A stretch of DNA of 64,000 bases from Eledone cirrhosa. Taxonomy: Eukaryota. Shown here one piece after another: positions 15,427-30,303 of the stretch (position 1 is its first letter; every line of letters begins with the position of its first letter). Both the position numbers and the translations under genes were made by a program. The notes beneath the pieces are model-generated. The model ran no database searches, had not been told where the DNA came from, and saw only the letters and a list, made by a program, of their open reading frames with translations. The DNA lies in contig OZ024762.1 in assembly GCA_964016885.1 (NCBI GenBank), positions 13,392,001 through 13,456,000 of the forward strand, written 5' to 3'.

Positions 15427-15677
15427 TTCTGGTTTGATTTTGTTGGTTGTCAGTTCCCTGTTGTCAACTATAAGAGGTTAAATCTATGTTTAAAATAGAA
15501 GACGTTTACAATTGGAGTAGTTAATACGAAAGGAGAACTGTTAGATAAGACCAGAGTGTATATATATACACCCACGACCATATATATATATATAGCAGGT
15601 TGCATGCCCAATATATTCGACTGTTTTTCTTATATACTTCCGTTGAAACTTTCCTCTTCACTCTAACATTCATTCAA

Positions 15678-15734
<57 letters not shown>

Positions 15735-15762
15735 AACAAAAGATGGTTAAAAGAGTTCCATG

Positions 15763-15833
15763 TATTTTATTATGCGCATTTCAAAAACAAATATCATCAT
15801 GCAATAATATTTGTGTTTTCATCAGATAAAACA
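15763..15833 (-). ncRNA. Minimal type I hammerhead ribozyme (family B, AUA site)
   Basis: Minus strand: tgttttat-CTGATGA-aaacacaaatatt...gatatttgttttt-GAAA-t(gcgc)aTA-ataaaata. Confidence 0.8.
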
Positions 15834-16045
15834 GGAAGACATGATATGAAGGTTAAAACTGATGAAAACACAAATATTATTGCATGATGATATTTGTTTT
15901 TGAAATGCGCATAATAAAATACATGGAACTCTTTTAACCATCTTTTGTTCTTATATATTATCTATACTCCAGTCCTACAAACTGTAGAGTGCTTCTTATC
16001 CGATATCTGCATTGCTTTATTGTACTACAATAAAAATCACCTCCT

Positions 16046-16144
<99 letters not shown>

Positions 16145-16228
16145 ACATCAATCTAAAACTACTTTTCATATGTTGATTTAAAACTGCACTATCCACAAGT
16201 GTTTTTTAACCTTCATATCATGTCCTCC

Positions 16229-16299
16229 TATTTTATCTGATGAAAACACAAATGTTATTGCATGATGATATTTGTTTTTGAAATGCGCATAATAAAATA
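16229..16299 (+). ncRNA. Minimal type I hammerhead ribozyme (family B, AUA site)
   Basis: tattttat-CTGATGA(16237)-long stem II-GAAA(16280)-t(gcgc)aTA-ataaaata. Perfect 8-bp stem I. Confidence 0.8.
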
Positions 16300-16329
16300 C
16301 ATGGAACTCATTTAACCATCTTTTGATCT

Positions 16330-16361
<32 letters not shown>

Positions 16362-16849
16362 TAGTTTTGCGAGGTTTTTGATATGAAATCGTGTGTCGAA
16401 ACAAATATTGTTATACTTGGGAAGGGTCATATTTGTGTAATAATATTGCCAGAATTAATAACAGAACACTCACAGTTTGGTTGGTTTTCGCTTCTGTGTC
16501 TTTTATATCAGTTAATTCAGTTAATTTAATTTATTCGGTCCTCAATGTTACCATTGACTGACCAACGCTAAAAAATACAGATACAATATAGACACAAACA
16601 CATATATATAGTCTGACAAAGTTCTTTCGTTGCACAGCTGCAACATCGTCAGTGGTGTTATTATGTTTCCTCTCGTTGCATTGTATGCCTACGCCATCTT
16701 TATTTGTTCAGTCAATGGTAACATTGAGGACCGAATAAATTAAATTAACCGATATAAAGGACACAGAAGCGAAAACCAACCAAACTGTGAGTGTGTTCTG
16801 TTATTAATTCTGGCAATATTATTACACAAATATGACCCTCCACAAGTAT

Positions 16850-16857
<8 letters not shown>
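16362..16857. mobile_element. Fold-back element between (TA)n tracts, family K (~150-bp inverted arms)
   Basis: 16405-16561 is the reverse complement of 16708-16857 with a few differences. The spacer has a degenerate minus-strand HHR-like motif, CTGACGA-tgttgca(gctg)tgcaac-GAAA...GTC, at 16611-16657. Confidence 0.7.
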
Positions 16858-16907
<50 letters not shown>

Positions 16908-17421
16908 TAAAAAACGAAAAATAAGTATTTCTGAAAACAGTATATATATTTGTCGGTATGTATATTCCCTCTGATAGTTTGTAAAACTTTTACATAGATC
17001 TATATGATATACATACCAACACACCCATATATATCCTAGAAACGATCGTAACATGATGAATTTTTTAATATAAGGAACTGTTTCTTTGATTTTATTCATT
17101 GTTTTTATTAATTTATATATAACTTGTTGCTACCTAGATGAAAACTACTATGAAATCCCACAATGAATTTTATACTTGAATTTTCAAATCTCAAATTTTA
17201 ACTCGTCGTATTATTAATTTTTCTTAATATTAATCAACATTTGAAAAGATGGCTTTTGCAGACCCATCGAAACCGATCATTTTTTATAGCCTTTATTATT
17301 TCCTTACCTTATAAAATTATATGTTTTTTCACAAAAAAGTATTCTGTCTCTTATATATTCCATGTGCCATTACCAACCTCAATTTTCTCTATAACCTTCG
17401 TTTTGTGTAGAAAATTACACT

Positions 17422-17466
<45 letters not shown>

Positions 17467-17467
<1 letters not shown>

Positions 17468-17560
17468 GTGTCCCCCAAAAATGTATGTACAATTTGATTA
17501 ACTATAGAGGCGATATTTATTAGAATGGTGTTGAAATGTGTATATATTTTGGACTCCCTG
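17467..17560. mobile_element. Possible decayed Tc1-type MITE
   Basis: Imperfect terminal inverted repeats (gtgtcccccaaaaatgtatgtaca / tgtgtatatattttggactccctg) flanked by TA runs. Confidence 0.35.
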
Positions 17561-17818
17561 TGTATATATATATATGTGTTTAGCTGATGTGGTACCATTT
17601 CTAAGAGATAATAGAGAAAGAATGGCATCACCTCCTGCTTATCTAAAGAGACAACACAGTAATATTGTTATAAAGTTCTATTATACATTAAATGTCGTTA
17701 ATACAGACATATTTATATTCCAGTCTATTACCATTCATCTGTTGTCATTTCTCTGGCACCTCATTGACATCAGTGACACCAAGAAATCACCAGATCTTAA
17801 TACCAGCATACAGAAAGA

Positions 17819-17943
<125 letters not shown>

Positions 17944-17978
17944 ATATATATTTATGCATCCATACATCCATACATATA

Positions 17979-18077
<99 letters not shown>

Positions 18078-18130
18078 GCATACATACATCCATACATATA
18101 TATTTATATATATATATATATATGTATACG

Positions 18131-18262
18131 TTATTCCGGGTTGAATCGGAGGTAACCACAGTAAGTAAGGTACTCAATACATAGCAGAGTATAAAAGTTT
18201 TAATATAGATGAGATTCTACAGGACTAGAAGTGTTTCATTCTTTAGAAATCATCAGGAATCC
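18131..18262 (-). mobile_element. HHR-bearing repeat, family D
   Basis: Inverted, diverged copy of 29650-29782. Confidence 0.7.
18213..18261 (-). ncRNA. Type I hammerhead ribozyme (family D, GUA site)
   Basis: Minus strand: gattc-CTGATGA-tttc(taaa)gaat-GAAA-cacttctagtcctGTA-gaatc. Perfect 5-bp stem I. Confidence 0.65.
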
Positions 18263-18318
18263 CTTTTATACTCTCTCTCTCTATATATATATATATATGT
18301 ATATATATATGCATACAT

Positions 18319-18413
<95 letters not shown>

Positions 18414-18511
18414 TATTTATTTACTATTGGTACAGGGTAAAGTTTAAGCAAAGAATCGCAGCTTTCACTCTATTATGGGATCTTCTGAAACTCTGAAAAA
18501 ATATTCGCTCC

Positions 18512-18553
<42 letters not shown>

Positions 18554-18560
18554 GATATGA

Positions 18561-18639
<79 letters not shown>

Positions 18640-18664
18640 CTTATGTACAAATATACAGTACCAA

Positions 18665-19935
18665 CAACAGTGGTAGTAGTAGAAGTAGTAGTAGTAGTAA
18701 TAGTAGTAGTAGTAGTAGTAGTAGTAGCAGTAGCAGCCGCAGTAGTAGTAGTAGTAGTAGCAGTAGTAGTAGTAGCAGTAGTAGTAGTAGTAGTAGCAGT
18801 AGTAGTAGTAGTAGCAGTAGTAGCAGTAGTAGTAGTAGCAGTAGTAGTAGTAGTAGTAGTAGTAGCAGTAGTAGCAGTAGTAGTAGCAGTAGTAGTAGTA
18901 GTAGTAGCAGTAGTAGTAGTAGTAGTAGTAGCAGCAGTAGTAGTAGTAGCATTAGTAGTAGTAGTAGTAGTAGCAGCAGTAGTAGTAGTAGCATTAGTAG
19001 TAGTAGTAGTAGTAGCAGCAGTAGTAGTAGTAGCATTAGTAGTAGTAGTAGTAGTAGCAGCAGTAGTAGTAGTAGCATTAGTAGTAGTAGTAGTAGCAGC
19101 AGCAGTAGTAGTAGTAGCATTAGTAGTAGTAGTAGTAGTAGTAGTAGCAGTAGTAGTAGTAGCTAACGGATTCTTCCTCCGTACAAGACTCACTCTATTC
19201 TACGCCATTCTACGCCGTAGTATCATTGGTAGACAGACGTTGCGCTATCTGTCATTACCATCGTTAGTCATCAGATAAGAAAATAACAAGAACATAATCA
19301 TCATCATCATCATCATCATCATTATCACCGCCACCACCATCATCATCATTATCACCATTAACACCACCATCACCACCACAGCCATCGCCACTACTATCAC
19401 CATCATCACCGCCACCACACCACCACCACCACCACCACCACCACCATCATCACCACCACCACCACCACCACCACCACCACCATCACCACCATCACCATCA
19501 TTATCACCATTAACACCACCATCACCACCACAACCATCGCCACTACTATCACCATCATCACCGCCACCACACCACCACCACCACCACCACCACCACCACC
19601 ACCACCACCATCACCGCCACCACCACCATCACCACCACCATCATCATTATCACCATTAACACCACCATCACCACCACAGTCATCGCCACTACTATCACCA
19701 TCATCACCGCCACCACACCACCACCACCACCATCACCACCACCATCATCACCGCCACCACCACCACCACCACCATCACCACCACCATCATCACCGCCACC
19801 ACCATCACCACCACCATCACCACCACCACCATCACCACCACACTCATCACCGCCACCACCACCACCACCACCATCACCACCACCATCATCACCGCCACCA
19901 CCACCACACCACCACCATCACCACCATCATCATCA
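18665..19935. repeat. (GTA/GCA)n tract (18665-19162) and (ACC/ATC)n tract (19297-19935)
   Basis: Direct inspection. These explain the poly-T/V/L ORFs. Confidence 0.9.
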
Positions 19936-20104
19936 CACTATTAACCAGACAGACGCTGTCCTTATTACATCCTTATCTTCCAGCCGACATTTTCCACACC
20001 TTTTCAATACTGACTCTCTTCCTCTCTCTCTCTTCTCTAATTCCCCCTCTTTCTCAGTTCTCACCCACTCTCTCCTTGTCTCTCCATCTCCCACTCTCTC
20101 ACCA

Positions 20105-20166
<62 letters not shown>

Positions 20167-20246
20167 TCTCTCATTATATATGTTTTTAGAGATACATATT
20201 CTGGAGAAAAGGAGAGAGAGAGAGAACCGGAGGTGAGATACACACC

Positions 20247-20313
<67 letters not shown>

Positions 20314-20633
20314 GCGCGCGCACACACACACACACACACACGCACACACAAACACAGACACACACACAGGCACACCCACACACAAACACACTCACACACA
20401 CGGAACAAACACTATACGAAAGAATATGTCAGTCGCTCTAACGACTTTGTCAAGCCACACACCCTCTATCTTGCAACATAAATGATAATAATAACAATTC
20501 TATTCATAAATGTTATATATAGAATGATATATCACAACGAGACTTGAAAATGTTTCCCTGTGACCTTGCGGGTTATGTAGGCGAATATATCGAATGTATA
20601 ATGATCGTACGATTCACATAATTAGTCTTTACC

Positions 20634-21128
20634 TCAATAAACTAGATCAGAACAAAGCTGACAACATCATATCAGTTAATATTTTGACATTAAGTCTACT
20701 TCGGCAGCCATATTGTCTGATAGAGTCTCATTCTTGTCAGCCATATTACTCCATACTGATTGGACTGTTATAAACATTTCTTTGGACAATTTCTCAGACC
20801 ATCTCTCGCTTCCAGGAATACAATTGCTGAAAATCAATCGTACGATTCTTACTGGTTTGAAATCTCGAGAAAGATCGTTTAAATAACCTGTCAAAGGACC
20901 TCGTAATCTCGTCCAGACGATAATTGCTGAGTCGTTAAGTTAGTTTTTTTTTCTATTTACTGTGAATATAGCTTCTCTTACCTCCCATCTTCATCCTACT
21001 CCTCCACCTCCACCCTTCTCCTCCTCTCTTCCTTCTCTTCCTCAGCCTCCTCCTCTTCCTCCTTCACCACCTCTCACCACCACCCACCTCAACATTATGT
21101 CGTGTTTTATGTGGTAATGTTTTAGATA
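20634..21128 (-). repeat. Arm 1 of a ~0.5-kb inverted duplication; contains an exon-like 251-nt open frame
   Basis: Reverse complement aligns with 26583-27154. The core 20770-20930 is near-identical. Confidence 0.85.
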
Positions 21129-21228
21129 CAACAATAATAACGACAACAACAAGAACAACAACAAGAACAAGAACAACAACAACAACAACTACAACTATAT
21201 TAAATGTACGACATTTATGACGAACTAT

Positions 21229-21262
<34 letters not shown>

Positions 21263-21378
21263 ATATATATATATACATATATATATAGGCGAAGAAATGT
21301 AAACAGAAATAACGAACCAAACAATGCAGACCAATTAAGAAGTATATAAGTTTAACGCTTGATATAGTAGAAGGAGCG

Positions 21379-21414
21379 TCTTTACGTTTCGGACATTAGT
21401 TCTTCATCAGAAAA
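21379..21414 (-). ncRNA. Ultra-minimal hammerhead-like motif (family H)
   Basis: Minus strand: tttt-CTGATGA-agaac(taat)gtcc-GAAACGTA-aaga. Stem III is a loop-less ACGT palindrome that could form only in a dimer. Confidence 0.5.
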
Positions 21415-22071
21415 TAGAATGAATTATAAAAAAGGTTGCGCAAAGTCTGACCTGACTTGAACCCGAAACCCTATGGTTCCGAACCAGAGACCTTTACCAA
21501 CACATTCACGACTGACTACACACATTTGTTGATATTTCGTAAATTATATCCATCACTGATTCTTGTTTTCAACAACAACAACAACAATAGCAACAACAAC
21601 AACAATGACAGCAACAACAACAACAACAACAATAGTACCACCACCACCAACAACAACAACAATAGCAACAACAACAACAATGACAGCAACAATAGTACCA
21701 CCACCAACAACAACAAAAATACATCAGGTTTAAAATAAAATAAAAATTATTTAAAATGATCGATGAAAATAAATTCATATATTGAAAGCTACAATTTGAA
21801 CGATTTGACCTCAGTTAATCGATATGGTTCAATAAACAATAATAATCCCTATGGATTAACATCCTCTTTAATCAGCTCTGCTATCCCACTTTGTTACAAT
21901 TCTGTAGAATTATCACTTTATAAAAATTAATTCAACTCTCCTCATTAATATTCATGAAAAGACACAGATTTTACATTTTTATTTTGTTGGTGTTTTTGTC
22001 TGTTGTTTTTTTTTGCTGCTGTTTGTTATTGTTTGGTTGTTTGTTCGTTGTTGTTGTTGTTATTATTATTA

Positions 22072-22103
<32 letters not shown>

Positions 22104-22234
22104 GTTATTGTTGTTATTGTTGTTATTATTATTATTATTAATTTCGTTTGTTTTAAAGTGATGTCGGCAGATGAAAGGGTTAGTGACAGAAAAACATTTG
22201 TTCTTTGATCTGATTACGTCATCTACACAAACGC

Positions 22235-22347
<113 letters not shown>

Positions 22348-22368
22348 TGTTTGTGTGTGTGGCAGAGA

Positions 22369-22400
<32 letters not shown>

Positions 22401-22629
22401 CGAAACCAGAACTACCTGGTTGTGAAGCGAAGTCCCTAACGATACAAGCGTACCTGCGTCCGATATACATACACACACAGACGCACACACATGACAGCTG
22501 TGTGTGTGTCTGACATCTGTTGTCACAGATGTGTGTGTGACATCTGTGTAGACTTGAAGGGGTACATGTTTACAGTGATGCAATGTAATGTGGTGTGGTG
22601 TTGTGTGGTGTAGTGTGTATATGCATATG

Positions 22630-22688
<59 letters not shown>

Positions 22689-22775
22689 GCATGTAAGTGT
22701 ATATATGTATATATATATATATATATATATACATGTAAGTGTATATATGTATATATTTATATATATATGTATATG

Positions 22776-22871
<96 letters not shown>

Positions 22872-22968
22872 ACTATATATGTATATATAAATATACATAC
22901 ATACATACATATATATATATATATATGCCTGAGATATATCTATCTATCTCTATATATATATGCTTTCT

Positions 22969-23037
<69 letters not shown>

Positions 23038-23396
23038 CTCTCTCTTTATATATAGAAGGGGTAGGAGTTAGAGAGCTCTAGTGTGTTGAGAGGTTAACAA
23101 GGGGAGACAAGGCCAATTGATAACTGAAGAATTATTGAAGACAGAAACATGAGAGAAGAATTACTGAAAAACCTATTAATGCCAACAACTGGTTGATATA
23201 GAGCCAACCACATTATATATGTATGATGGGTGTATATATATGTGTGTATGTGTGTATATATATATGTGTGTGTGTGTCTGTATGATGGGTGTATATATAT
23301 GTGTGTATGTGATTATATATATATATGTGTGTGTATGATGGGTGTATATATATGTGTGTATGTGATTATATATATTGTAAAACCACCACCACCACC

Positions 23397-23433
<37 letters not shown>

Positions 23434-23533
23434 ACACTAGTAGCACCACTACTACCACTACCACCACAACCATCGCTACTACCATTACTATCGCTACAGC
23501 ATTTTATGATTATTATTATGATGGTGTGGGTGT

Positions 23534-23720
23534 TGGATCGGCAGAATCGGCAGAGCGTCGGACGCCATGCTTTGCGTCATAGAGTTACGGCCCTTTCCAT
23601 TCTGAGTTCAAATCCCGGCAAGGTTAACTTTGCCTTTCTTCCTTACGGGGTCGATAAAATAAAGTACCAGTAATACATTGAGGTAATTGCTGGCCTTCTG
23701 CCAAAAGCAGAAACAATTAT
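23534..23720 (+). mobile_element. tRNA-derived Meta-domain SINE
   Basis: B-box gagttcaaatccc followed by ctttgcctttcttccttacggggtcgataaaataaagtaccagt (Meta-type central domain). Confidence 0.8.
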
Positions 23721-23929
23721 TTGTAAGTACCTTTCTTCATCATAGACGAACTTATCATTATAATGAATTAAAATCATTAATTACAGGCGAGTAAATGTCT
23801 ATGCATATGCATATATATATACTTATGTATGTGTATTTATATATACATACATGCATATATATATATGAATATATATATATATATACATTTATATGCATAT
23901 ATATATATATATATATACATACATATATA

Positions 23930-24001
<72 letters not shown>

Positions 24002-24080
24002 TATATACATACATATATATGGATATATAAATATATATATACATGCATATAAATATATATATATATATAAATATATAAAT

Positions 24081-24117
<37 letters not shown>

Positions 24118-24130
24118 AATATATAAATAT

Positions 24131-24174
<44 letters not shown>

Positions 24175-24180
24175 GTATAT

Positions 24181-24215
<35 letters not shown>

Positions 24216-24250
24216 AATATATATATGTATATATATATAAATATATATAC

Positions 24251-24303
<53 letters not shown>

Positions 24304-24331
24304 GGTATGTATGATTATGCATGTCAGCTTA

Positions 24332-24396
<65 letters not shown>

Positions 24397-24453
24397 CTGC
24401 AGGTATGTATGTATATATATATATAATGCATGTATATATATATACATACCTGC

Positions 24454-24523
<70 letters not shown>

Positions 24524-24882
24524 GCAGGCATGTATATATATATATAAATATGCATGTCAGTGGTATATATTTATGGTGTGAGATAGTAGTGGGCCGAACG
24601 GTGGTGTAATGGTGTAGTGGTGGTGTGGTGGCGGTGGTGTAGTGGTGGTGTGTAGCAGTGGAGGGGGGAGGTTGGGAGGTGAGGAATACCGTCATTGTTT
24701 GTTCACTTTTAATTACAACGTTATGTAATCAACAGTTACAATCTTAATTAAAGTTGATTCAATGGATTTCACCCATCTTCATCCAATCTGCTTCACCATC
24801 TTTTCACCTCCCTCCCCGCCCCGCCTCCCCCATTTTATACACACGTATACACACCGCTCCGCCCTTCGATTATATCTTCCCT

Positions 24883-26480
24883 ATCACCACCACCACCAGC
24901 ACCATTACCACCGGCAACACCACCACCACCACCATTACATCCATCACCACCCCCGCCACCACCATTACAACCATCACCACCACCGCCACCACCGTTACAA
25001 CCATCACCACCACCGCCACCACCATTACAACCATCACCACCACCGCCACCACCGTTACAACCATCACCACCACCGCCACCACCACTACAACCATCACCAC
25101 CACCGCCACCACCATCACATCCATCACCACCCCCGCCACCACCATTACAACCACCAACGCCACCGCCACCACCATTACAACCATCACCACCACCGCCACC
25201 ACCGTTACAACCATCACCACCACCGCCACCACCGTTACAACCATCACCACCACCGCCACCACCACCATTACAACCACCAACGCCACCACCAGCACCATTA
25301 CAACCATCACCACCGCCGCCACCACCATTACAACCAACAACACCACCACCAGCACCATTACAACCATCACCACCACCGCCACCACCGTTACAACCATCAC
25401 CACCACCGCCACCACCATTACAACCAACAACACCACCACCAGCACCATTACAACCATCACCACCACTGCCACCACCATTACAACCAACAACACCACCACC
25501 AGCACCATTACAACCATCACCACCACCGCCACCACCATTACAACCATCACCACCACCGCCACCACCATTACAACCAACAACACCACCACCAGCACCATTA
25601 CAACCATCACCACCACCGCCACCACCGTTACAACCATCACCACCACCGCCACCACCATTACAACCAACAACACCACCACCAGCACCATTACAACCATCAC
25701 CACCACCGCCACCACCGTTACAACCATCACCACCACCGCCACCACCGTTACAACCATCACCACCACCGCCACCACCACCATTACAACCACCAACGCCACC
25801 ACCACCACCATTACAACCATCACCACCACCGCCACCACCATTACAACCGCTACTATGATCACTACTACACCACTACCATCACCACCACCACCACCACCAC
25901 CACCACCGCAATGACCACTACCACTACCCCCACCATCACCCCCGCCATCACCACCACCACGACCACCATGACCGTGACCGCAATTACCTGCATTAGTAGC
26001 CCTCTCCCCCACCCCACTTCCACTACCACTACCATTGCCACTAACACCACTACCACCACACTACCACCACCGCCACCCATACCAACACCACCACTACCAC
26101 AACCACCACGACCACGACCACCACCACCACTACCACCACCACTACAACCACCACCACCACCACCACACTACCACCACCACACTACCACCACCACCACTAC
26201 ACCACCACCACCACCACCACCACCACTACACTACCACCACCACCACCACCACTACACTACCACCACCACCACTACACTACCACCACCACCACACTACCAC
26301 CACCACCACCACCACCACCACCACCACCACTACACTACCACCACAACCACTACACTACCACCACCACCACCACCACACTACCACCAACATCACCACTTCT
26401 ATCAACATTAACCACTATCATACTACCACCAACACCATCAACCCCACATTACTATCACCACTACCACCACCACCACCCCC
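24883..26480. repeat. ACC-rich minisatellite (~30-bp unit accattacaaccatcaccaccaccgccacc) grading into (ACC/ACT)n
   Basis: Direct inspection. Open in several frames on both strands. Confidence 0.9.
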
Positions 26481-26582
26481 AATAGAAGTAATATCAGTAA
26501 TAGCAGTAGTAGCGGTAGTAGTAATATTAGTAGTAGTAGTCATAGTAGTAGTAGTAGTAGTAGTAGTTGTTGTATCTAGAAA

Positions 26583-27154
26583 TATCTAAAACATTACCAC
26601 ATAAAACACGACATAATGTTGAGGAGGGTGGTGGTGAGAGGGGGTGGAGGAGGCTGAAGATGAGGAGGAGGCTGAAGATGAGGGTGAGGAAGGTAGTGGT
26701 GAGAGGAGGTGGAGCAGGAGGAGAGTTGAGGAGGGGGAGGATGAGGATGAGGATGAGGAGGGTGGGAGAGGGAGAATGGTTGAGGTGGAGGAGTAGGAGG
26801 GTGGTGGTGATGAGAGAAGGTGGAGGAGGAGGAGGATGAGGGTGGGAGGGAGAAAAGCTATATTCACAGTAAATAGTAAAAAAAAAAAGTACTAATTTAA
26901 CGTCTCACAGCAATTATCGTCTGAACGAGATTACGAGGTCCTTTGACAGGTTATTTAAACGATTTTACTCGAGATTTCAAACCAGTAAGAATCGTACGAT
27001 TGATTTTCAGCAATTGTATTCCTGGAAGCGAAAGATGGTCTGAGAAATTGTCCAAAGAAATGTTTATAGCAGACAATATGGCTGCCGATGGAGTGTGAAT
27101 GTCAAAATATTAACTGATATATGGCGTCTGTATTGTTCGACTCTTGTTTATTGA
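26583..27154 (+). repeat. Arm 2 of the inverted duplication (open frame broken by TGG>TGA)
   Basis: See 20634-21128. Confidence 0.85.
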
Positions 27155-27360
27155 AATAGTGAGTATTTCTTGCATACAAGTCGGCCATTTTATTTCTTCT
27201 TATTTAACCCATTAGTTCACTGGGACATTAAAAAAAATTCCTTCTACTTGTGTATCAATATGCATACATGAATGTATACATTCATATACATATATATATA
27301 TATATATATGTTTTTCTCTCTCTCTCCCTCTCTCTCTCTCTATATATATATATATGTATA

Positions 27361-27572
27361 GAATAAGAAATTGCGAAGTAGTTTCAGATGTTAAAGTCCT
27401 TTCATGATAATGCTGTGATACATATTTCAATGACGACAGTGTTGACATTCTCCTGTGTACCCAGTGCCGTCACATCACCAGACAGCTTCTTACATAATAA
27501 TGTTATGTTCCCGAGGCAATCCATATTGAATCGACAAGGGAACGGACAAAGCGTGTGTTCTTGAATCCTTCG

Positions 27573-27575
<3 letters not shown>
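27361..27575 (-). mobile_element. Family C repeat with core-mutated HHR (27412-27486)
   Basis: Minus strand: gctgt-CTGGTGA-tgtgacggca...tgtcgtcatt-GAAA-tatgtaTC-acagc (A6G in the core). Confidence 0.65.
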
Positions 27576-27646
<71 letters not shown>

Positions 27647-27672
27647 TACTCTATGTAGGCTACAGAGCTTTT

Positions 27673-27798
27673 TAGTTATGTAATAAACAACATAAAATAA
27701 TTAATTCATTTACCAGTGGTTTCTTGAAGACAGATATAAATATCTTTATTCAAGAAACCACTGGTAAATGAAATAATTATCTTATGTTGTTTATTATA

Positions 27799-27804
<6 letters not shown>
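27673..27804. repeat. Fold-back inverted repeat, family L (56-bp arms, 20-nt spacer)
   Basis: 27673-27728 pairs with 27749-27804. Same sequence as 3612-3715. Confidence 0.85.
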
Positions 27805-27847
<43 letters not shown>

Positions 27848-28389
27848 ATATAAATATATATATATATATTTATATTTATACATAGATATACATAACAAAT
27901 TGTCCTTGTGTCGGACAACATACTTTGCGGCATATAGTTACGGCCCTTATGGTTCCAACTTCAACTCCTGCCATTGGTTCCCTGATATCAAAATATATTT
28001 ATCTTAAAACTTGTTATCATAATTTTGTGCAAGAACCTTGCTGAGTAATGTTCCAACACACACACACACATATACTCTCTCTCACACGCACAGCCATACA
28101 CACATACACACACACAGATATACTCTCTCTCACACACACACACACACACATATATACTCTCTCTCACACACACAGACATACACACAAGAATATAAAATAT
28201 ATATACTAAATGATATACAGCAAGGCCCCCACACACTCAAAATCATCCACAAAGACATATATTCATATTTTATATATATATATATATACACACATACCTA
28301 TACAGAGAAGAAGATATCAAAGACACACACATACACACACACACACACAGATAAAACACACACAAATACACATACACACTCACACACAC

Positions 28390-28422
<33 letters not shown>

Positions 28423-28903
28423 CATATATATACATATATATAAATATATGCATACACTAAATATACACGTATATATATTCACACACACACAGACAAAACA
28501 ACCTCACATTATTTACGCACGCACTTTTCGCCAAATCAAATTTTCCGCTTTCCAGATTTTTGTTCTGTAAACAATTGAAGCCTATTTTACAACCATTTCT
28601 ATAGAAGAGAAAAAAAGGAAAAATGGAGGAAAGGGGAGACAAATCTATGGAGAACCATCAACGCCAACACCAGCACCACAAATTGACAACAACAATAACA
28701 ATAACTTTCTAGAAAATATGATGCGAGTAATTTGATATTAGGGTGAAATTGTTCTACCATAGAGTAAAAACGTTTGTGTTAAAGTTTAAGCGCTTCAATT
28801 AATAATCTATTTGAGAAAGATAATCGTTAAATGGATGGCGGCCATTTTGATTTTGATATCTTGGGATATAACATCGACATGAACTATCTTCGCGATGATA
28901 TGT

Positions 28904-28944
<41 letters not shown>

Positions 28945-29153
28945 GCACGCACACACACACGCACACACATATATATATATATAATAAATATACATAATAT
29001 CATATATATATACATATATAATATAATATAATATAATATAATATAATATAATATAATATATATATATACATATACATGTATATATAATAATAAAATATAT
29101 AAATAAATAAATAAATATATATATATATATATATATAATGCCAACTTCACCTC

Positions 29154-29202
<49 letters not shown>

Positions 29203-29552
29203 ATATATATATATATATATATATGTTTGTGTGTGTGCGTGTATGTGCGTGCGTCTGTGTGTGCGTTTCTAGGATTTTCATTATTAGTGATGATGGTTTG
29301 AAACTTTGCCAATTCTAGTTTCTCAGAATAGTAAAACAATAACAATAACCAGTTGACTGTATCGAGGGATCAGTTGGCGAAACTTGGAATGAAACACTCA
29401 GCATCTTCGTGAAGATATTTCTTTGATTCCCTATTCAGTAATGAGACATATATAAATATATATATATATATTTGGGAGAGGAAATATATATATATATAGT
29501 TGGGAGAGGAAATGGTATATATTTTATCTAATAATTCTAAGGACATGATTTA

Positions 29553-29649
<97 letters not shown>

Positions 29650-29782
29650 GTGTTCCTGATGATTTCTCCCGAATGAAACAGTTCTAGTCTTGTAGAAGCC
29701 GTTTCTATATCAAATATTTATGCTCTGCTATGTATTGAGTACCTTACTTACTGTGGTTCTCCACGATTGAACCCGGGATAAT
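29650..29782 (+). mobile_element. Family D repeat with HHR at 29653-29697
   Basis: ttc-CTGATGA-tttc(tccc)gaat-GAAA-cagttctagtcttGTA-gaa. Flanked by (TA)n. Confidence 0.7.
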
Positions 29783-29929
29783 ATGTATATAATAAAATAA
29801 ATATATATATATATATATTATATACATACATATACAGTGTGTGTTTTGTTGCTTTCCCTACCTTCACAAGACATTGACTGGAACGTAACATGATCCAAAC
29901 CGTGATACATTATTTAGTAAATGACAATA

Positions 29930-30107
29930 TTATCGGTAGAGGGTTGGACGCCATGCTTTGACGCATAGAGTTACGGTCCTTGCCATTCTGAGTTCAAATC
30001 CCGCCGAGGTCAACTTTGCCTTTCATCCTTACGGGGTCGATAAAATAAAGTACCAGTAATGCACTGGGTAATTGCTGGCCTTGTGCCAAAAGTAGAAACA
30101 ATTATTA
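29930..30107 (+). mobile_element. tRNA-derived Meta-domain SINE
   Basis: gagttcaaatcccgccgaggtcaactttgcctttcatccttacggggtcgataaaataaagtaccagt. Very similar to 23534-23720. Confidence 0.85.
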
Positions 30108-30148
30108 TATTGCATAGAATCACCTTCAGAATATATTATCGAGGAAGG

Positions 30149-30191
<43 letters not shown>

Positions 30192-30195
<4 letters not shown>

Positions 30196-30268
30196 TAGCT
30201 ACAGCTTCCTAAAACCGTATTTCTTTGGAGATACGAAATATTTATACATATATATATATATATATTTG

Positions 30269-30303
<35 letters not shown>

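Larger units (their letters stand above)
15730..16335 (+). mobile_element. Penelope-like element remnant, family B: inverted pLTR + pLTR + ORF-end remnant + pLTR
   Basis: 15730-15825 is inverted relative to 15859-15955, with a third copy at 16205-16335. Each carries an HHR. 16156-16209 reads KLLFIC*FKTALSTSVF*, resembling the E..FI..FKP.LN end of PLE GIY-YIG domains. Confidence 0.7.

Noticed and set aside
16900-17430. Possible LTR pol remnant (..MLRSFLG..)
   Set aside because: Only a single short motif amid many stops; not supportable.
24754-26411. Mucin-like Thr-rich or His-rich protein
   Set aside because: An ACC-based minisatellite open in multiple frames, with no splice signals, signal peptide or non-repetitive domain seen.
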